Positions 19,634 to 29,463 are shown, counted from the first letter of the stretch. The stretch: DNA of 64,000 nt from Trueperaceae bacterium (GCA_965214405.1 OZ243956.1:2240001-2304000), one strand, 5' to 3'. A program made the numbers and translations. Notes: a model not told the origin generated them from the sequence alone.

Positions 19634-20878
19634 GTGAACATAGAGGCGCTTGCCAAGCGTGCAGCGGCGGCGGTGGACTCTGACAGGGTCATTTCTTTGA
19701 CGTGCGACCTCGTGCGGATTCGCAGCGTCTACGAGCCGCACGTGTCCGGCAGCAATGAAGGGGAGGCGGCGGGTTTTGTTGCGGGGGTGCTCGAGAATCT
19801 TGGGCTCACTGTTCACCTCGAGGAGGTTGCACCGGGCCGTCCCAACGTCATCGCTGACTGGTGTGGGCGTTCTTTCGACGCAGCTCGAGACAAAACGCTC
19901 ATGTTTGAAGGCCACACCGACGTGGTCACCGAAGGGGACGCGGAAAGCTGGACACATCCTCCTTTTGAGGCGCGGTTGATAGACGGCAAGATTTACGGGC
20001 GCGGCGCCGCCGACATGAAAGCGGGCGTGGCGGCGGCGTTAGGAGCGTTAGAGGCTGTGATGCGCACCGCCCCCGACCTCCCCGGACGCGTCCGCATGGG
20101 CTTTGTTGTAGACGAAGAGGGGATGATGACGGGCATCAAAGATTTCATCAAGCGGGGCTGGGCGGAAGGGGTGAACGGAGCCATCATCTGCGAACCCGAG
20201 GAGGGAGAACTTTGCTTGTTCCAGAAGGGCGCGCTGCGCGTCGGCGTTCTCGTGCGGGGGCGGATGGCGCACGGCGCGATGCCCTACGCGGGCGTCAACC
20301 CCGTCCCGCCGCTCGCCGACTTCGTGCGGGCGGTGCGGGAGTTGGAACAAAAAGAGCAAGCGCGGCTCGGTGAGCACAAATATCTGGGCCTCCCCTGGCT
20401 CACGCCGACGCTTCTGCGTGCCCCCGCAAAGGGTGAAGGACAACTCAACGTGATGCCCGAAACCGCCTACCTAGCCCTCGACATCCGCACCGTGCCCGGT
20501 CAGGACCACGACGAGCTTTTTGCAGCGTTGCAAGAAATAGGTGACCGCATTGAAAAGGAGGACGGGCGGGTGGAGATTGGGGTGGAACGGCTCGAGACCC
20601 GCCCCTGGACCCAAACCCCCGCGGACGATCCCTTGGTGAGCGCGTTAGAACGAGCGCACCAAACCGTCTTCTCCGCCCCACCCCGCTACGGCGGCGTGCC
20701 CGGCGCGACCGACGGCACCTTTTTGCGCGCCTGGGCGGGCGTGCCCATCGTCACCGTCGGGCCGGGCGACCGCACCATCCCGCACAGGCGTGACGAGTTC
20801 GTGCGCGCGGACGAGGTGGTACGCGCGGCGCGGCTTTATGCGGCGGCGGCGGTCTACTTTTTGAGTGGTGAGGGCTGA
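19634..20878 (+). CDS. M20 family metallopeptidase/deacylase (ArgE/DapE-like)
   Basis: GHTDVV, GRGAADMK, DEE, EP, HGA, GATDG, H..DE motifs. Confidence 0.9.
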   Translation: MNIEALAKRAAAAVDSDRVISLTCDLVRIRSVYEPHVSGSNEGEAAGFVAGVLENLGLTVHLEEVAPGRPNVIADWCGRSFDAARDKTLMFEGHTDVVTEGDAESWTHPPFEARLIDGKIYGRGAADMKAGVAAALGALEAVMRTAPDLPGRVRMGFVVDEEGMMTGIKDFIKRGWAEGVNGAIICEPEEGELCLFQKGALRVGVLVRGRMAHGAMPYAGVNPVPPLADFVRAVRELEQKEQARLGEHKYLGLPWLTPTLLRAPAKGEGQLNVMPETAYLALDIRTVPGQDHDELFAALQEIGDRIEKEDGRVEIGVERLETRPWTQTPADDPLVSALERAHQTVFSAPPRYGGVPGATDGTFLRAWAGVPIVTVGPGDRTIPHRRDEFVRADEVVRAARLYAAAAVYFLSGEG

Positions 20879-20948
20879 TATCCCAAGAAGCGTCGCACTT
20901 TGCACCCGCACGGTAGACTAGAAGCATTAGAAGTTAAAAGGAGGAACT

Positions 20949-22433
20949 GTGAAACATATCATTCTCGCCCTCGTCCTCACTTTGGGTTACGCCGTAGCGC
21001 AAGACTCCCCCGAACCCGTTTACGGCGGCGACGTAACCGTCTCCATCGCCGCCGAACCCCCCGGCTGGGACCCCTCGGCCTCGACCTCGCAAGAGATCGC
21101 CCGCGTCACCTACCACAACGTTTACGAGGGGCTGGTGCGCATCGACCGGAACGGCGACATCGTGCCGCAGCTCGCCGAGTCGTGGGAGGTCTCGGATGAC
21201 GGCCTCACCTGGACCTTCAACCTCCGTGAGGGTGTGACCTTCCACGACGGCTCGGCCTTTGACGCCGACGACGTGGTTGCCAAGTTCGAGCGGGCTACGG
21301 ACCCCGACTCGGGCCACACGCACCCGGAGTATTACGAGGCGATTGAGAGTGTGACGGGCGAGGGCAACACCGTCACCTTCAAACTTTCGAAGCCCGCCTC
21401 GAGCCTGCTTTACAACCTCGCCCGCCCGGACTCGGTCATCGCGCCTTCGGAAAAGCTCGAGACGCAGCGGAGCCAGCCTGTCGGCACCGGCCCCTTCGTC
21501 TTTGCGGACTATCTCGAGGGCAGCGAGGTGCGCTTGGAACGGTTTGAGGATTATTACATAGAGGGCGTGCCCTACTTGGACAGCGTTACTTTTCGCATCA
21601 TCGAAGACCCCAACGCGCGCTTCGCGGCCTTGCAGGCGGGCGACATCGACATGATTGGCGTCGCCATCAGCCCGGAAACGGCCATCCAGGTGCAGAGCAA
21701 CCCCGACCTCAAACTCACCGAGGGCTTTAACACCACCGAAATCACGATGGCGCTCAACAACGCGCGCGAGCCCCTGAATGACCCGCTCGTGCGGCAGGCC
21801 ATCACCCACGCTATCGACAAAACGACCATCGTTGACGGGGCGATGTTCGGCTTCGGGACGCCCATCGGCACCCACGCGACCCCGGCGGAACCTTATTACA
21901 TAGACTTGGAACCTTACCCGTACGACCCCGAGCGGGCGAGAGAGCTGCTGGCGGAGGCGGGCTATCCGGACGGTTTCACGGTCTCTTTCGAGTTGCCCGA
22001 ACCCTACAACTTAGAGCGCACCACGGGGGAAGTCATCGCTCAGCAGCTTAGCGAAGTAGGCATCAACGTGGATTTGAGCGTGGTCGAGTGGGGCACCTGG
22101 ATTCAGCGCATCTTTTTAGGCGGCGACTACGACATGACCATCATCGGCCATTCCGAGCCGCGCGACATCGGCATCTACGGCAATCCGGATTACTATTACC
22201 ACTACGACAACCCGGAGGTGGGTGCGCTGCTCGAGCAAATCGAAGCGACCACCAACGAGAACGAGCAGGCGGACCTTTATGGGGAGATTGAACGCATCAT
22301 CGCCGAGGACGCGGTGAACGTCTGGGTTTTCACCCCAACCTCGCTCGTCGCGGCCAGAGAAGACCTCTACGGGTTCTGGACGGACCAGCCCACCGTCGCC
22401 ATCGACATGACCGAGGCGTTTCTTGCTCAGTAG
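20949..22433 (+). CDS. Peptide/nickel ABC transporter substrate-binding protein (family 5)
   Basis: Signal peptide; PQLAESWEVSDDGLTWTFNLREGVTFHDG; GTGPF. Confidence 0.93.
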   Translation: MKHIILALVLTLGYAVAQDSPEPVYGGDVTVSIAAEPPGWDPSASTSQEIARVTYHNVYEGLVRIDRNGDIVPQLAESWEVSDDGLTWTFNLREGVTFHDGSAFDADDVVAKFERATDPDSGHTHPEYYEAIESVTGEGNTVTFKLSKPASSLLYNLARPDSVIAPSEKLETQRSQPVGTGPFVFADYLEGSEVRLERFEDYYIEGVPYLDSVTFRIIEDPNARFAALQAGDIDMIGVAISPETAIQVQSNPDLKLTEGFNTTEITMALNNAREPLNDPLVRQAITHAIDKTTIVDGAMFGFGTPIGTHATPAEPYYIDLEPYPYDPERARELLAEAGYPDGFTVSFELPEPYNLERTTGEVIAQQLSEVGINVDLSVVEWGTWIQRIFLGGDYDMTIIGHSEPRDIGIYGNPDYYYHYDNPEVGALLEQIEATTNENEQADLYGEIERIIAEDAVNVWVFTPTSLVAAREDLYGFWTDQPTVAIDMTEAFLAQ

Positions 22434-22475
22434 TAGAGTGGTTTTAGAGGAAGGCTTCTAGCTCCTCAATCCCTC

Positions 22476-23417
22476 ATGCTCGCTTACGTTCTCCGCCGCT
22501 TCTTAACCGCGCTTCTAAGCCTCTTTTTGGCCGCCGTGTTCGTGTTCGCGGCGCTCCTGGCGGTGCCGGGCGACCCGGCAGAGATTATTTTGGGGGTCAA
22601 CTCGAGCCCCCAAGCCCTCGCCGCGCTCCGCAACCAGTTGGGCCTCAACGAGCCGCCCGTCGCGCGCTTCTTGGGCTGGTTGGGCGGGCTCGCGCGCGGC
22701 GACTTCGGCGAGTCGCTGAACTATCAGAAGCCGGTGCGGGCGCTTCTCGCCGACAGGCTAGAGGTTTCGGTGCCGCTCGCCTTGGGAGGAATGCTCATCG
22801 CGTGCCTCATCGCGCTGCCGCTGGGCATCTTCGCCGCCTTGCGTCAGGGCACGTGGCTGGACCCGCTCGTTATCGGCTTCTCGCAACTCGGCGCAGCCAT
22901 TCCATCGTTTTGGCTCGGGCTCATGCTCATCTTGCTTTTCGGCGTTGAGTGGGGACTTTTGCCCACGGGCGGTTTTGTTCCCTGGGAGCGGAGCGTCACG
23001 GGTGCGCTTCGTAGTCTCGCCCTGCCGACGCTGGCCTTGGGTCTGGGACAGGCGGCGGTCATCACCCGGATGACGCGCGCGGCGCTGCTCGAGACCCTTC
23101 ACCAAGACTACATCCGCACCGCCGACGCCAAGGGTTTAGCCAAGCGCCGCGTGGTTTTGGGCCACGCACTACGTAATGCGATGGTCACCCTCGTGACCGT
23201 CCTGGGTTTAAGCCTCTCGCAACTCCTCGTGGGCGCTATCGTCATCGAAGAAGTGTTCGCGCTCCCCGGTCTCGGCAGTCTGGCGCTCAAGGCCATCGGC
23301 ACCCGCGACTTTCCCCTCCTTCAGGCCGAAGTCCTCCTCTACGCGGGCGTTATCGTGGGGCTGAGCTTCCTCGTGGACCTTCTTTACGGCGTGCTCGACC
23401 CGCGTATTAGGTACTAA
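22476..23417 (+). CDS. Peptide ABC transporter permease (DppB/OppB-like)
   Basis: PGDPA, DYIRTADAKGL EAA loop, HALRNA, LDPRIR. Confidence 0.93.
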   Translation: MLAYVLRRFLTALLSLFLAAVFVFAALLAVPGDPAEIILGVNSSPQALAALRNQLGLNEPPVARFLGWLGGLARGDFGESLNYQKPVRALLADRLEVSVPLALGGMLIACLIALPLGIFAALRQGTWLDPLVIGFSQLGAAIPSFWLGLMLILLFGVEWGLLPTGGFVPWERSVTGALRSLALPTLALGLGQAAVITRMTRAALLETLHQDYIRTADAKGLAKRRVVLGHALRNAMVTLVTVLGLSLSQLLVGAIVIEEVFALPGLGSLALKAIGTRDFPLLQAEVLLYAGVIVGLSFLVDLLYGVLDPRIRY

Positions 23418-23463
23418 TAGGGGAAGACGTGAGGAGCACTTCTTCCTTTTCCTTCTTTTAATC

Positions 23464-24273
23464 ATGCCCCGCCTCAACCTTACCCTCGGCGCATCACTGA
23501 TTGGACTCGTCACCTTCGCGGCGCTCCTCAGTTTTTTCTGGTTGCCCTACGACCCCAACGAGATAGACTTTGCCGTCAAGCTCGAGCCCCCGTCCGCCGC
23601 GCACCTCTTAGGCACCGACTCCTTCGGCCGCGACCTCTTGAGCCGCCTCTTGGTGGGCGCGCGTGGAACGCTTCTGGTGGGCTTTATCGCGGTGGGCATC
23701 GCGTTCAGTTTGGGAAGCCTCATCGGCGCGGTGGCGGGGTATGTGGGAGGTTTTCTGGACGAAGCCTTTATGCGTCTTTCCGACGTGCTTTACGCCTTCC
23801 CGCCCGTGCTCATGGCGATTCTTTTGGCCGCCATCTACGGGCCGGGCACCTTTACCGCGATGGTCGCCATCGGCCTCGCCACGGTGCCGGTCTTTGCCCG
23901 GCTCATGCGCGCGTCAGTCTTGAGCGTCCGTAGCAACGACTATGTGGAGGCGGGACGCGCGCTGGGCGTGAGCGCGCGCCGCGTGCTCTTCCGGCACATC
24001 CTCCCCAACGCGCTTTCACCCGTTATCGTGCAGGCCAGCCTCTCGTTCGCGGTGGCCGTCCTCGCCGAGGCGGCGCTGTCTTTTCTGGGCCTCGGCACCC
24101 CGCCGCGCACGCCGAGCTGGGGCAACATGCTCCGCGAGGCGCAAAGTTTTCTGGCCCTAAGCCCCTACCCCGCGCTGGTGCCGGGTTTCGCCATCATCGT
24201 CACGGTTCTGGGCTGGAGCTTGTTGGGCGACGGGCTGCGGGACTATCTGGACCCGAAGGCGCGGGGGCGGTAG
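23464..24273 (+). CDS. Peptide ABC transporter permease (DppC/OppC-like)
   Basis: HLLGTDSFGRD, YVEAGRALG, HILPN, GDGLRD. Confidence 0.93.
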   Translation: MPRLNLTLGASLIGLVTFAALLSFFWLPYDPNEIDFAVKLEPPSAAHLLGTDSFGRDLLSRLLVGARGTLLVGFIAVGIAFSLGSLIGAVAGYVGGFLDEAFMRLSDVLYAFPPVLMAILLAAIYGPGTFTAMVAIGLATVPVFARLMRASVLSVRSNDYVEAGRALGVSARRVLFRHILPNALSPVIVQASLSFAVAVLAEAALSFLGLGTPPRTPSWGNMLREAQSFLALSPYPALVPGFAIIVTVLGWSLLGDGLRDYLDPKARGR

Positions 24274-24277
24274 GAGA

Positions 24278-25480
24278 GTGTCACAAGCGGAAGCTCTTAG
24301 TCAGCGGGCGCTCGAGCGCCGCCTCAAACGCCACCTGTGGGGCGCGCCGCAGCACTTTTTCGCCCCTTGTGCGCCTCCTTTTGAAGGAGTGCTCGTCAAC
24401 GAGGTGCGGGCGCTGCCGGACGTGAGCGAGGTTGAAGTGTTACGGGGAGGCGTCGCCTTTGCGGGTCCCTTTGACACCCTCTACCACGCCAACTTGCACC
24501 TGCGCACCGCCCACCGGGTGCTGCTCCGTGTTGATGAATTCTTAGCACAGTCCTACCCCATGCTTTTTAACAAGGCGAGTAAGCTCCCGTGGGAACGTTA
24601 CGTAGGATTCAACGACGCCTACAGCGTAACGGTGAGCGCCAAGCGGAGCCGTCTGCGCCATCAACAGAACATCACTGACACGCTCCACGCCGCGGTTCTG
24701 GAAGCTGTTGAACCGCTAGGACTTCACCCCAAGCTTGTTCCAGACGCGCCCATAAACTTTCACGTGCGCCTTTTCGAAGACCGTTGCGCCGTCTCCTTAG
24801 ATACGAGCGGCGCGCACCTGCATAAGCGCGGCTATCGTCAGGCGGGTGCCAAAGCGCCCATCCGCGAAACGCTGGCGGCGGGGCTGCTCATGACGCTCCC
24901 GGAGCACTACGACCTTATCTTAGACCCAATGTGCGGCGCGGGCACCTTGCTTATCGAGGGGGCGCTGCTAGCCAAAAACATCGCGCCGGGCGGGGCGCGC
25001 GCTTTTGCCTTTGAGCAGTTCCCGAGCTTTCAAAGGAGCAAGTGGGAGCGGTTTAGGAGGGAGGCTCGAGCCTCACAGAAGCCTGCCTCCCTTCGACTTG
25101 TCGGTAGCGACCTTTCTGAAGGCGCACTGCGCGCCGCCGGAGCCAACGCAGAACGCGCCGGTGTGGCAAAAGATATCACTTTTTTACAGGGGGACGCGCG
25201 AAGTCTGCCTTACGCTAAATTTGCCGAAGGGGGACGAAAGCTGCTGCTCAGCAACCTGCCCTACGGACGGCGTGTCGGAACTCAGGCGGAGGCGAAACGG
25301 CTTTATAGAGATTTTGTTACGCAACTTATAAAAGACTGCGGCGGTTGGGATTTTGCTTTCGTTACGCCCCATCCCGGATGGCTGGAGGAGGCGGGGCTCA
25401 GCCGTACGGGAATGCTCGCCTTCTCCAACGGCGGCCTTGACGTCTCATTGGTGACGGGTACCGTGCTGGACGGAGCGTGA
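24278..25480 (+). CDS. THUMP-domain RNA methyltransferase (RlmL/UPF0020-like)
   Basis: LHKRGYR, APIRETLAA, DPMCGAGT, NLPYG. Confidence 0.88.
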   Translation: MSQAEALSQRALERRLKRHLWGAPQHFFAPCAPPFEGVLVNEVRALPDVSEVEVLRGGVAFAGPFDTLYHANLHLRTAHRVLLRVDEFLAQSYPMLFNKASKLPWERYVGFNDAYSVTVSAKRSRLRHQQNITDTLHAAVLEAVEPLGLHPKLVPDAPINFHVRLFEDRCAVSLDTSGAHLHKRGYRQAGAKAPIRETLAAGLLMTLPEHYDLILDPMCGAGTLLIEGALLAKNIAPGGARAFAFEQFPSFQRSKWERFRREARASQKPASLRLVGSDLSEGALRAAGANAERAGVAKDITFLQGDARSLPYAKFAEGGRKLLLSNLPYGRRVGTQAEAKRLYRDFVTQLIKDCGGWDFAFVTPHPGWLEEAGLSRTGMLAFSNGGLDVSLVTGTVLDGA

Positions 25481-25509
25481 AGCTCGCTCCTGACGAAAAC
25501 TCTCGAGCG

Positions 25510-26634
25510 TTAGCCCCCCTGACCAAGCCCCAGCTCCGGGGGAGGAAACGCGGCGCGCAGGTTCGGGTCGTGCGCCAGGGCTCGAGCCTCTACCGGGACA
25601 GCCGCCGCGAGCTCAACCCGACCTTGACGAAAAAGCTCTTCAAACAGCGCCACAAGCTCCGGGTCGAAGTGGCTCCCGGCCTCCGCCTTGAGGTACGCCA
25701 GCGCCTGCGCGGGCGGCATGGGCTGGCGGTAGGGGCGTTCGCTGGTGAGCGCCTCGAACACGTCGGCTACCGTGACGATGCGGCTCATGAGCGGGATGGC
25801 CTCCTGCCCTAACCCCAGCGGATACCCGAGCCCGTCCCAGCGTTCGTGGTGAGAACGCACCACCTGCGCGATATCGGTAAACTCCGCCGACACCGCCTTT
25901 AGGAGCTCCGCGCCGTAGGCCGAGTGATGTTTGATTTCGCCAAACTCCTCTTCGGTCAGCGCGCCCGGTTTGAGAAGAACGGTTTCCGAGACGGCGATTT
26001 TGCCTAGATCGTGGAGCAGCGCGCCCCAGTGGAGGGTCTCGAGCTGCCTACCACTAAATCCGAGCGCCTCGCCCATTGCCCTGGCATTGTGGGCCACGCG
26101 GTTACAGTGGCCTTTGGAGGCCTTGTCACGCCCCTCGACGATGAGCGCCAAATTCGAGAGCAGACTCACGCAAACCTCCGAGAGGTGGTCAACCGCCGAC
26201 TCTGCGTTAACGATTTGCCGCCGGAACACCCCGACGATATAGCCCGCCGCCCCACCGAAGCCGAGAAAGAGCGCGCTTTGGACGAGCCACGCCGTCAGGT
26301 ATACGTTTGCGGGCGCTACAGTCGGTATGAATGGCACGAAGAGGAGGCTCGAGGCCGCCCCAGCCGCCAGCCCGCCTTTCACCTTGAACAAGCCCGCCGC
26401 AACGAGGATAGTCAGATACATAAGCTGCATAACGGGGGGTTTCACGCCGCCAAAAAGAAGCACCCCGAGAACAACGCCGCCGAGAAGGCCAACCACAGCC
26501 GCCGCCGAAAGAAGGTGATGGACGAGCCGTCGCCCTTCAAAAAACGGTGGTCTGGACGTCTGCACTAACGCCGCCCCAAATAAAATTCTGTAGACACAAC
26601 GGTTTGTTGAACGCAGGGAACGACCACAGGACAC
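25510..26634 (-). CDS. Membrane-anchored HD-GYP cyclic dinucleotide phosphodiesterase
   Basis: Several N-terminal TM helices; H..RV, LHDLGK, HHERWDGLGYP, ADVFEALTSERPYR. Confidence 0.9.
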   Translation of the reverse strand: MSCGRSLRSTNRCVYRILFGAALVQTSRPPFFEGRRLVHHLLSAAAVVGLLGGVVLGVLLFGGVKPPVMQLMYLTILVAAGLFKVKGGLAAGAASSLLFVPFIPTVAPANVYLTAWLVQSALFLGFGGAAGYIVGVFRRQIVNAESAVDHLSEVCVSLLSNLALIVEGRDKASKGHCNRVAHNARAMGEALGFSGRQLETLHWGALLHDLGKIAVSETVLLKPGALTEEEFGEIKHHSAYGAELLKAVSAEFTDIAQVVRSHHERWDGLGYPLGLGQEAIPLMSRIVTVADVFEALTSERPYRQPMPPAQALAYLKAEAGSHFDPELVALFEELFRQGRVELAAAVPVEARALAHDPNLRAAFPPPELGLGQGG

Positions 26635-26846
26635 GTCTCCTTTCGACGTGTCAGTAGCCTAGCAAGAGAGTGTTTAGAAAACGTACATAAACCCTCTCCG
26701 GCGAGAAAAAAGCTAATTTTATGCAGAAGCTACCATTAACTTCTGGACGCTTTTTCAGGTGGCTGAGTTACGGGTAACGCAGAGCCTGGAGCCTCAGCCA
26801 CTCATTCAGTTGTTAATGACGAAATGAACTCTTGAGCCGGAGCTAT

Positions 26847-26978
26847 TTATCTGTGCTCAAGTCCGGCCTGAACCCCCGGGGCACTTCTATGCTCGAGACC
26901 AGCGGCAAAAGCCGTGCTGGCAGCGGTAACAGAAAACACGATGATGGCTGAAACGGCGAACCTGGCAATCCTCTTCAT
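26847..26978 (-). CDS. 43-aa secreted propeptide (signal peptide + AGLEHR x2), candidate signalling pheromone precursor
   Basis: RBS AGGGAGAG; MKRIAR + hydrophobic core + AFA cleavage site; mature part AGLEHRSAPGVQAGLEHR; the repeat is conserved at synonymous codons. Confidence 0.75.
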   Translation of the reverse strand: MKRIARFAVSAIIVFSVTAASTAFAAGLEHRSAPGVQAGLEHR

Positions 26979-27291
26979 TTTTCTCTCCCTTTCTCTTCCC
27001 CACCGTTTTTCGGTCTCCCAACCCTTCAACGGTGTTTGAATCTGCCACTACAAAATAGACAAAGACTTCAAGCGACCTATTTCGCCTGAATGAAAAGCCT
27101 ATTCAACTGTAGCGCGAACCTGAACGTTCCCGTCCTCATGGTACATCTCCCATTTCTCTCGTTCTACCCGCTTCGCGGGATCTCCCAATCCCTTAAAACG
27201 TCCCTCCTCGAGTCTCCCAAAACGAGAAGGTAGCTAAAAACTATCATAACGATTCATGAAAGGCAAGGGTTCTGTACAAAACCGGGGGCGT

Positions 27292-27307
27292 TATGAGAAA
27301 TCTCACA
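27292..27307. promoter_or_regulatory. CRP/DdrI-like binding site
   Basis: TATGA-GAAATC-TCACA, one mismatch to TGTGA-N6-TCACA, in the divergent intergenic region. Confidence 0.45.
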
Positions 27308-27508
27308 TTCACAGGTCGTCACATCCTAAACCCCGTGACCCAAGTATGTTTTAATTAGAAATGGATTAGGTCACACACCTTATCCTCATGGTGTCTTATG
27401 CTTTTTCACGTTAAAGCCAAACCGCGTCATGATAATTTGGTGCGTGAACGGCGCGCGAGCAAAGGTTAAAACAGTTAAGGTGGGGCACAGAGTCTATGGA
27501 GACAGGTC

Positions 27509-29215
27509 ATGGCGACAAGCTTAGCTGAGGTACAAGAACTTGTCGATAAGCGGTACGAGGGCGTCGCCCTCGAAAGTGCTGTGCAGGGTTGGTTCTACTT
27601 AGGAAATTACCAGCGCGGCATCGAGGCGTATGAGACGTTGGAAAAACCCTGTGGTCGGGACGACCGCTGGTTGGGCGTCTGTTACATGATGCTGCCCAAC
27701 CGCATGAGAGCGGTGGAAGTTCTTTACGGAGCCGCGTCCAAGGGGGAAAAAGCCGCCCACATCGAGCTTGCGCGCACCTTTTCTTTTCTCGAGCGAGACG
27801 CGGAGGCCACCGCTGAACTGGAGAAAGTCAAGCCCGAAGACTTGAGCGTTGCCGACCAGGTGCTTTGGTATAGAGCTCAGAGCATCCATCAGGAAACCGC
27901 CAACAGCTTACAGGCGTCTATAGATTTGGCTGAAGAGGCGTGGCGACGCGTGCAGGGCATTTCTGAATTTCCCATTCTCGCGCCCTGGGTCTTGATAAGG
28001 TTGGGTCTCCTAAACAGCAAGGTGGGACGGGCAAATCGGGCGCTGTGGTGCTTTGAACGGGGATTCGAAATCGCTGGTGAAACCGAAAAGTGGTACCTCC
28101 AGACGGCTCGTGTTGACTGTCTCATATCACTGGGTCATTACGCCGAGGCCATCACCGAACTCGAGAAGCTGAATTCTGAAGACGTACCGCCGGTGAGAAG
28201 AGCTCACCAGTTTATGTACGGCGCGGACGCAGCGTGGGCCACAGGCAACATAAAAGGTGCGCTGCACCTTTATGACCAAGCAGCCCAGTTGGCGCTCGCA
28301 ACCGAAGAAAATTACGTTGAAGTTTTGTCGCGCTTGTCGGTCGCCGCTCTTTTGGGTTTCCGCAGGGCGTTTGAGGCCGCCGCCGAAAACTTAGCGAGGG
28401 CCAAGTGGATTGCCAGCACCCGCTTTGAAAAACTTTCTATCCGCTTTCGTGAGGTGCTCCTCGCCTACTGGCGCGGCGCGTATAACCCTGAGCAGACACG
28501 CACCGAGTTAGAAGCGCTCGCCGCCGACTTCGGCACGATGGGCTTTTTGCAGGAGCAGGGGCGGGTGCGGCTGCATCTGGCGGAGGTCTACCGCTCTCTC
28601 GGCGGTGACCGCTATCTAGAAGAACTCGACGCGTTGCAGGCCTTGGGCGTGGCGCTACAAAATCACGCGTTTTTGGCTCGAGAGTGGACGCTCCTCCCCG
28701 AACTGCGCGAGGCCGCGTTGGTCACGCATCCCAAGCTGGCAGGCGAGACGCCGACGGTTTTAGAAGTTTACACGCTGGGTCAGGAAAAGCTGGTCTTGGC
28801 GGGGCAGACCGTCAACGTCCGGCTGCGGCGCGCGTCGGAAGTGCTCGCTTACTTTTTGGAGCGCCAGGAGGTCTCCTTGAAACGCCTCTTGGCGGACGTG
28901 TTCGCCGATGACAAACCCAAAACCGCGCGGACTTACTTCCACCAGTTCCGAAGCGAACTGCGCGAGCGCGTGCCGGGTCTCTCCGTTGAGTACGACGCAG
29001 AAAGCCGTTTGTACCGTTTGGAGAGCGAAATCGACATCCTTTGGGACGTAACCGAACTGCGGGCGGGGCGCAAGATGGGCGAGTTAGGCATCTTTTTGCC
29101 AAGTTCCGGGAGCGACTGGGCTTATGCGCTAGACGGGGAACTCGAGCCCCTTCGCAACCGCCCGGCCTATATTCCCGATTCGCCCAAGGCAACCCAGCAG
29201 ACCCAGAAAGCCTGA
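27509..29215 (+). CDS. Cytoplasmic TPR-repeat protein with C-terminal SARP/OmpR-type winged-helix DNA-binding domain
   Basis: TPR-like helices (LGLLNSKVGRANRALWCFERG; LISLGHYAEAITELEK; ATGNIKGALHLYDQA); C-terminal LEVYTLG..EVLAYFL..ARTYFHQFRSELR..YRL; RBS GGAGA. Confidence 0.75.
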   Translation: MATSLAEVQELVDKRYEGVALESAVQGWFYLGNYQRGIEAYETLEKPCGRDDRWLGVCYMMLPNRMRAVEVLYGAASKGEKAAHIELARTFSFLERDAEATAELEKVKPEDLSVADQVLWYRAQSIHQETANSLQASIDLAEEAWRRVQGISEFPILAPWVLIRLGLLNSKVGRANRALWCFERGFEIAGETEKWYLQTARVDCLISLGHYAEAITELEKLNSEDVPPVRRAHQFMYGADAAWATGNIKGALHLYDQAAQLALATEENYVEVLSRLSVAALLGFRRAFEAAAENLARAKWIASTRFEKLSIRFREVLLAYWRGAYNPEQTRTELEALAADFGTMGFLQEQGRVRLHLAEVYRSLGGDRYLEELDALQALGVALQNHAFLAREWTLLPELREAALVTHPKLAGETPTVLEVYTLGQEKLVLAGQTVNVRLRRASEVLAYFLERQEVSLKRLLADVFADDKPKTARTYFHQFRSELRERVPGLSVEYDAESRLYRLESEIDILWDVTELRAGRKMGELGIFLPSSGSDWAYALDGELEPLRNRPAYIPDSPKATQQTQKA

Positions 29216-29463
29216 CCCGGCGAAGCGTTTAGCTTCCGCCACCCGGACCTGTGGCGCGTCCGTCTTCTGCGCCAGCGCCCACGACGCGCCTTTGGTTCGG
29301 TTCCTTGCGAAGCGCAAAACCTTATCATGTTCCAGAACGTTGAATGACTTTACAAAACGCGACAAGCGCGGGTATGATTAACGCACCCTTCGACAGCGTC
29401 GCATGACCAGGTAACAAACACGCGCGCACCGTTAATATGGCACCAGCACCCTTGGAGGCGAGA

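Noticed and set aside
18688..19692. Long antisense or alternative-frame ORFs (also 20934-21875, 39065-39949, 55272-56072)
   Set aside because: Shadows of well-supported genes in GC-rich DNA with no family motifs.
27079..27141. Second small ORF (MRTGTFRFALQLNRLFIQAK) upstream of the propeptide
   Set aside because: No signal peptide, repeat or other support; could be chance.
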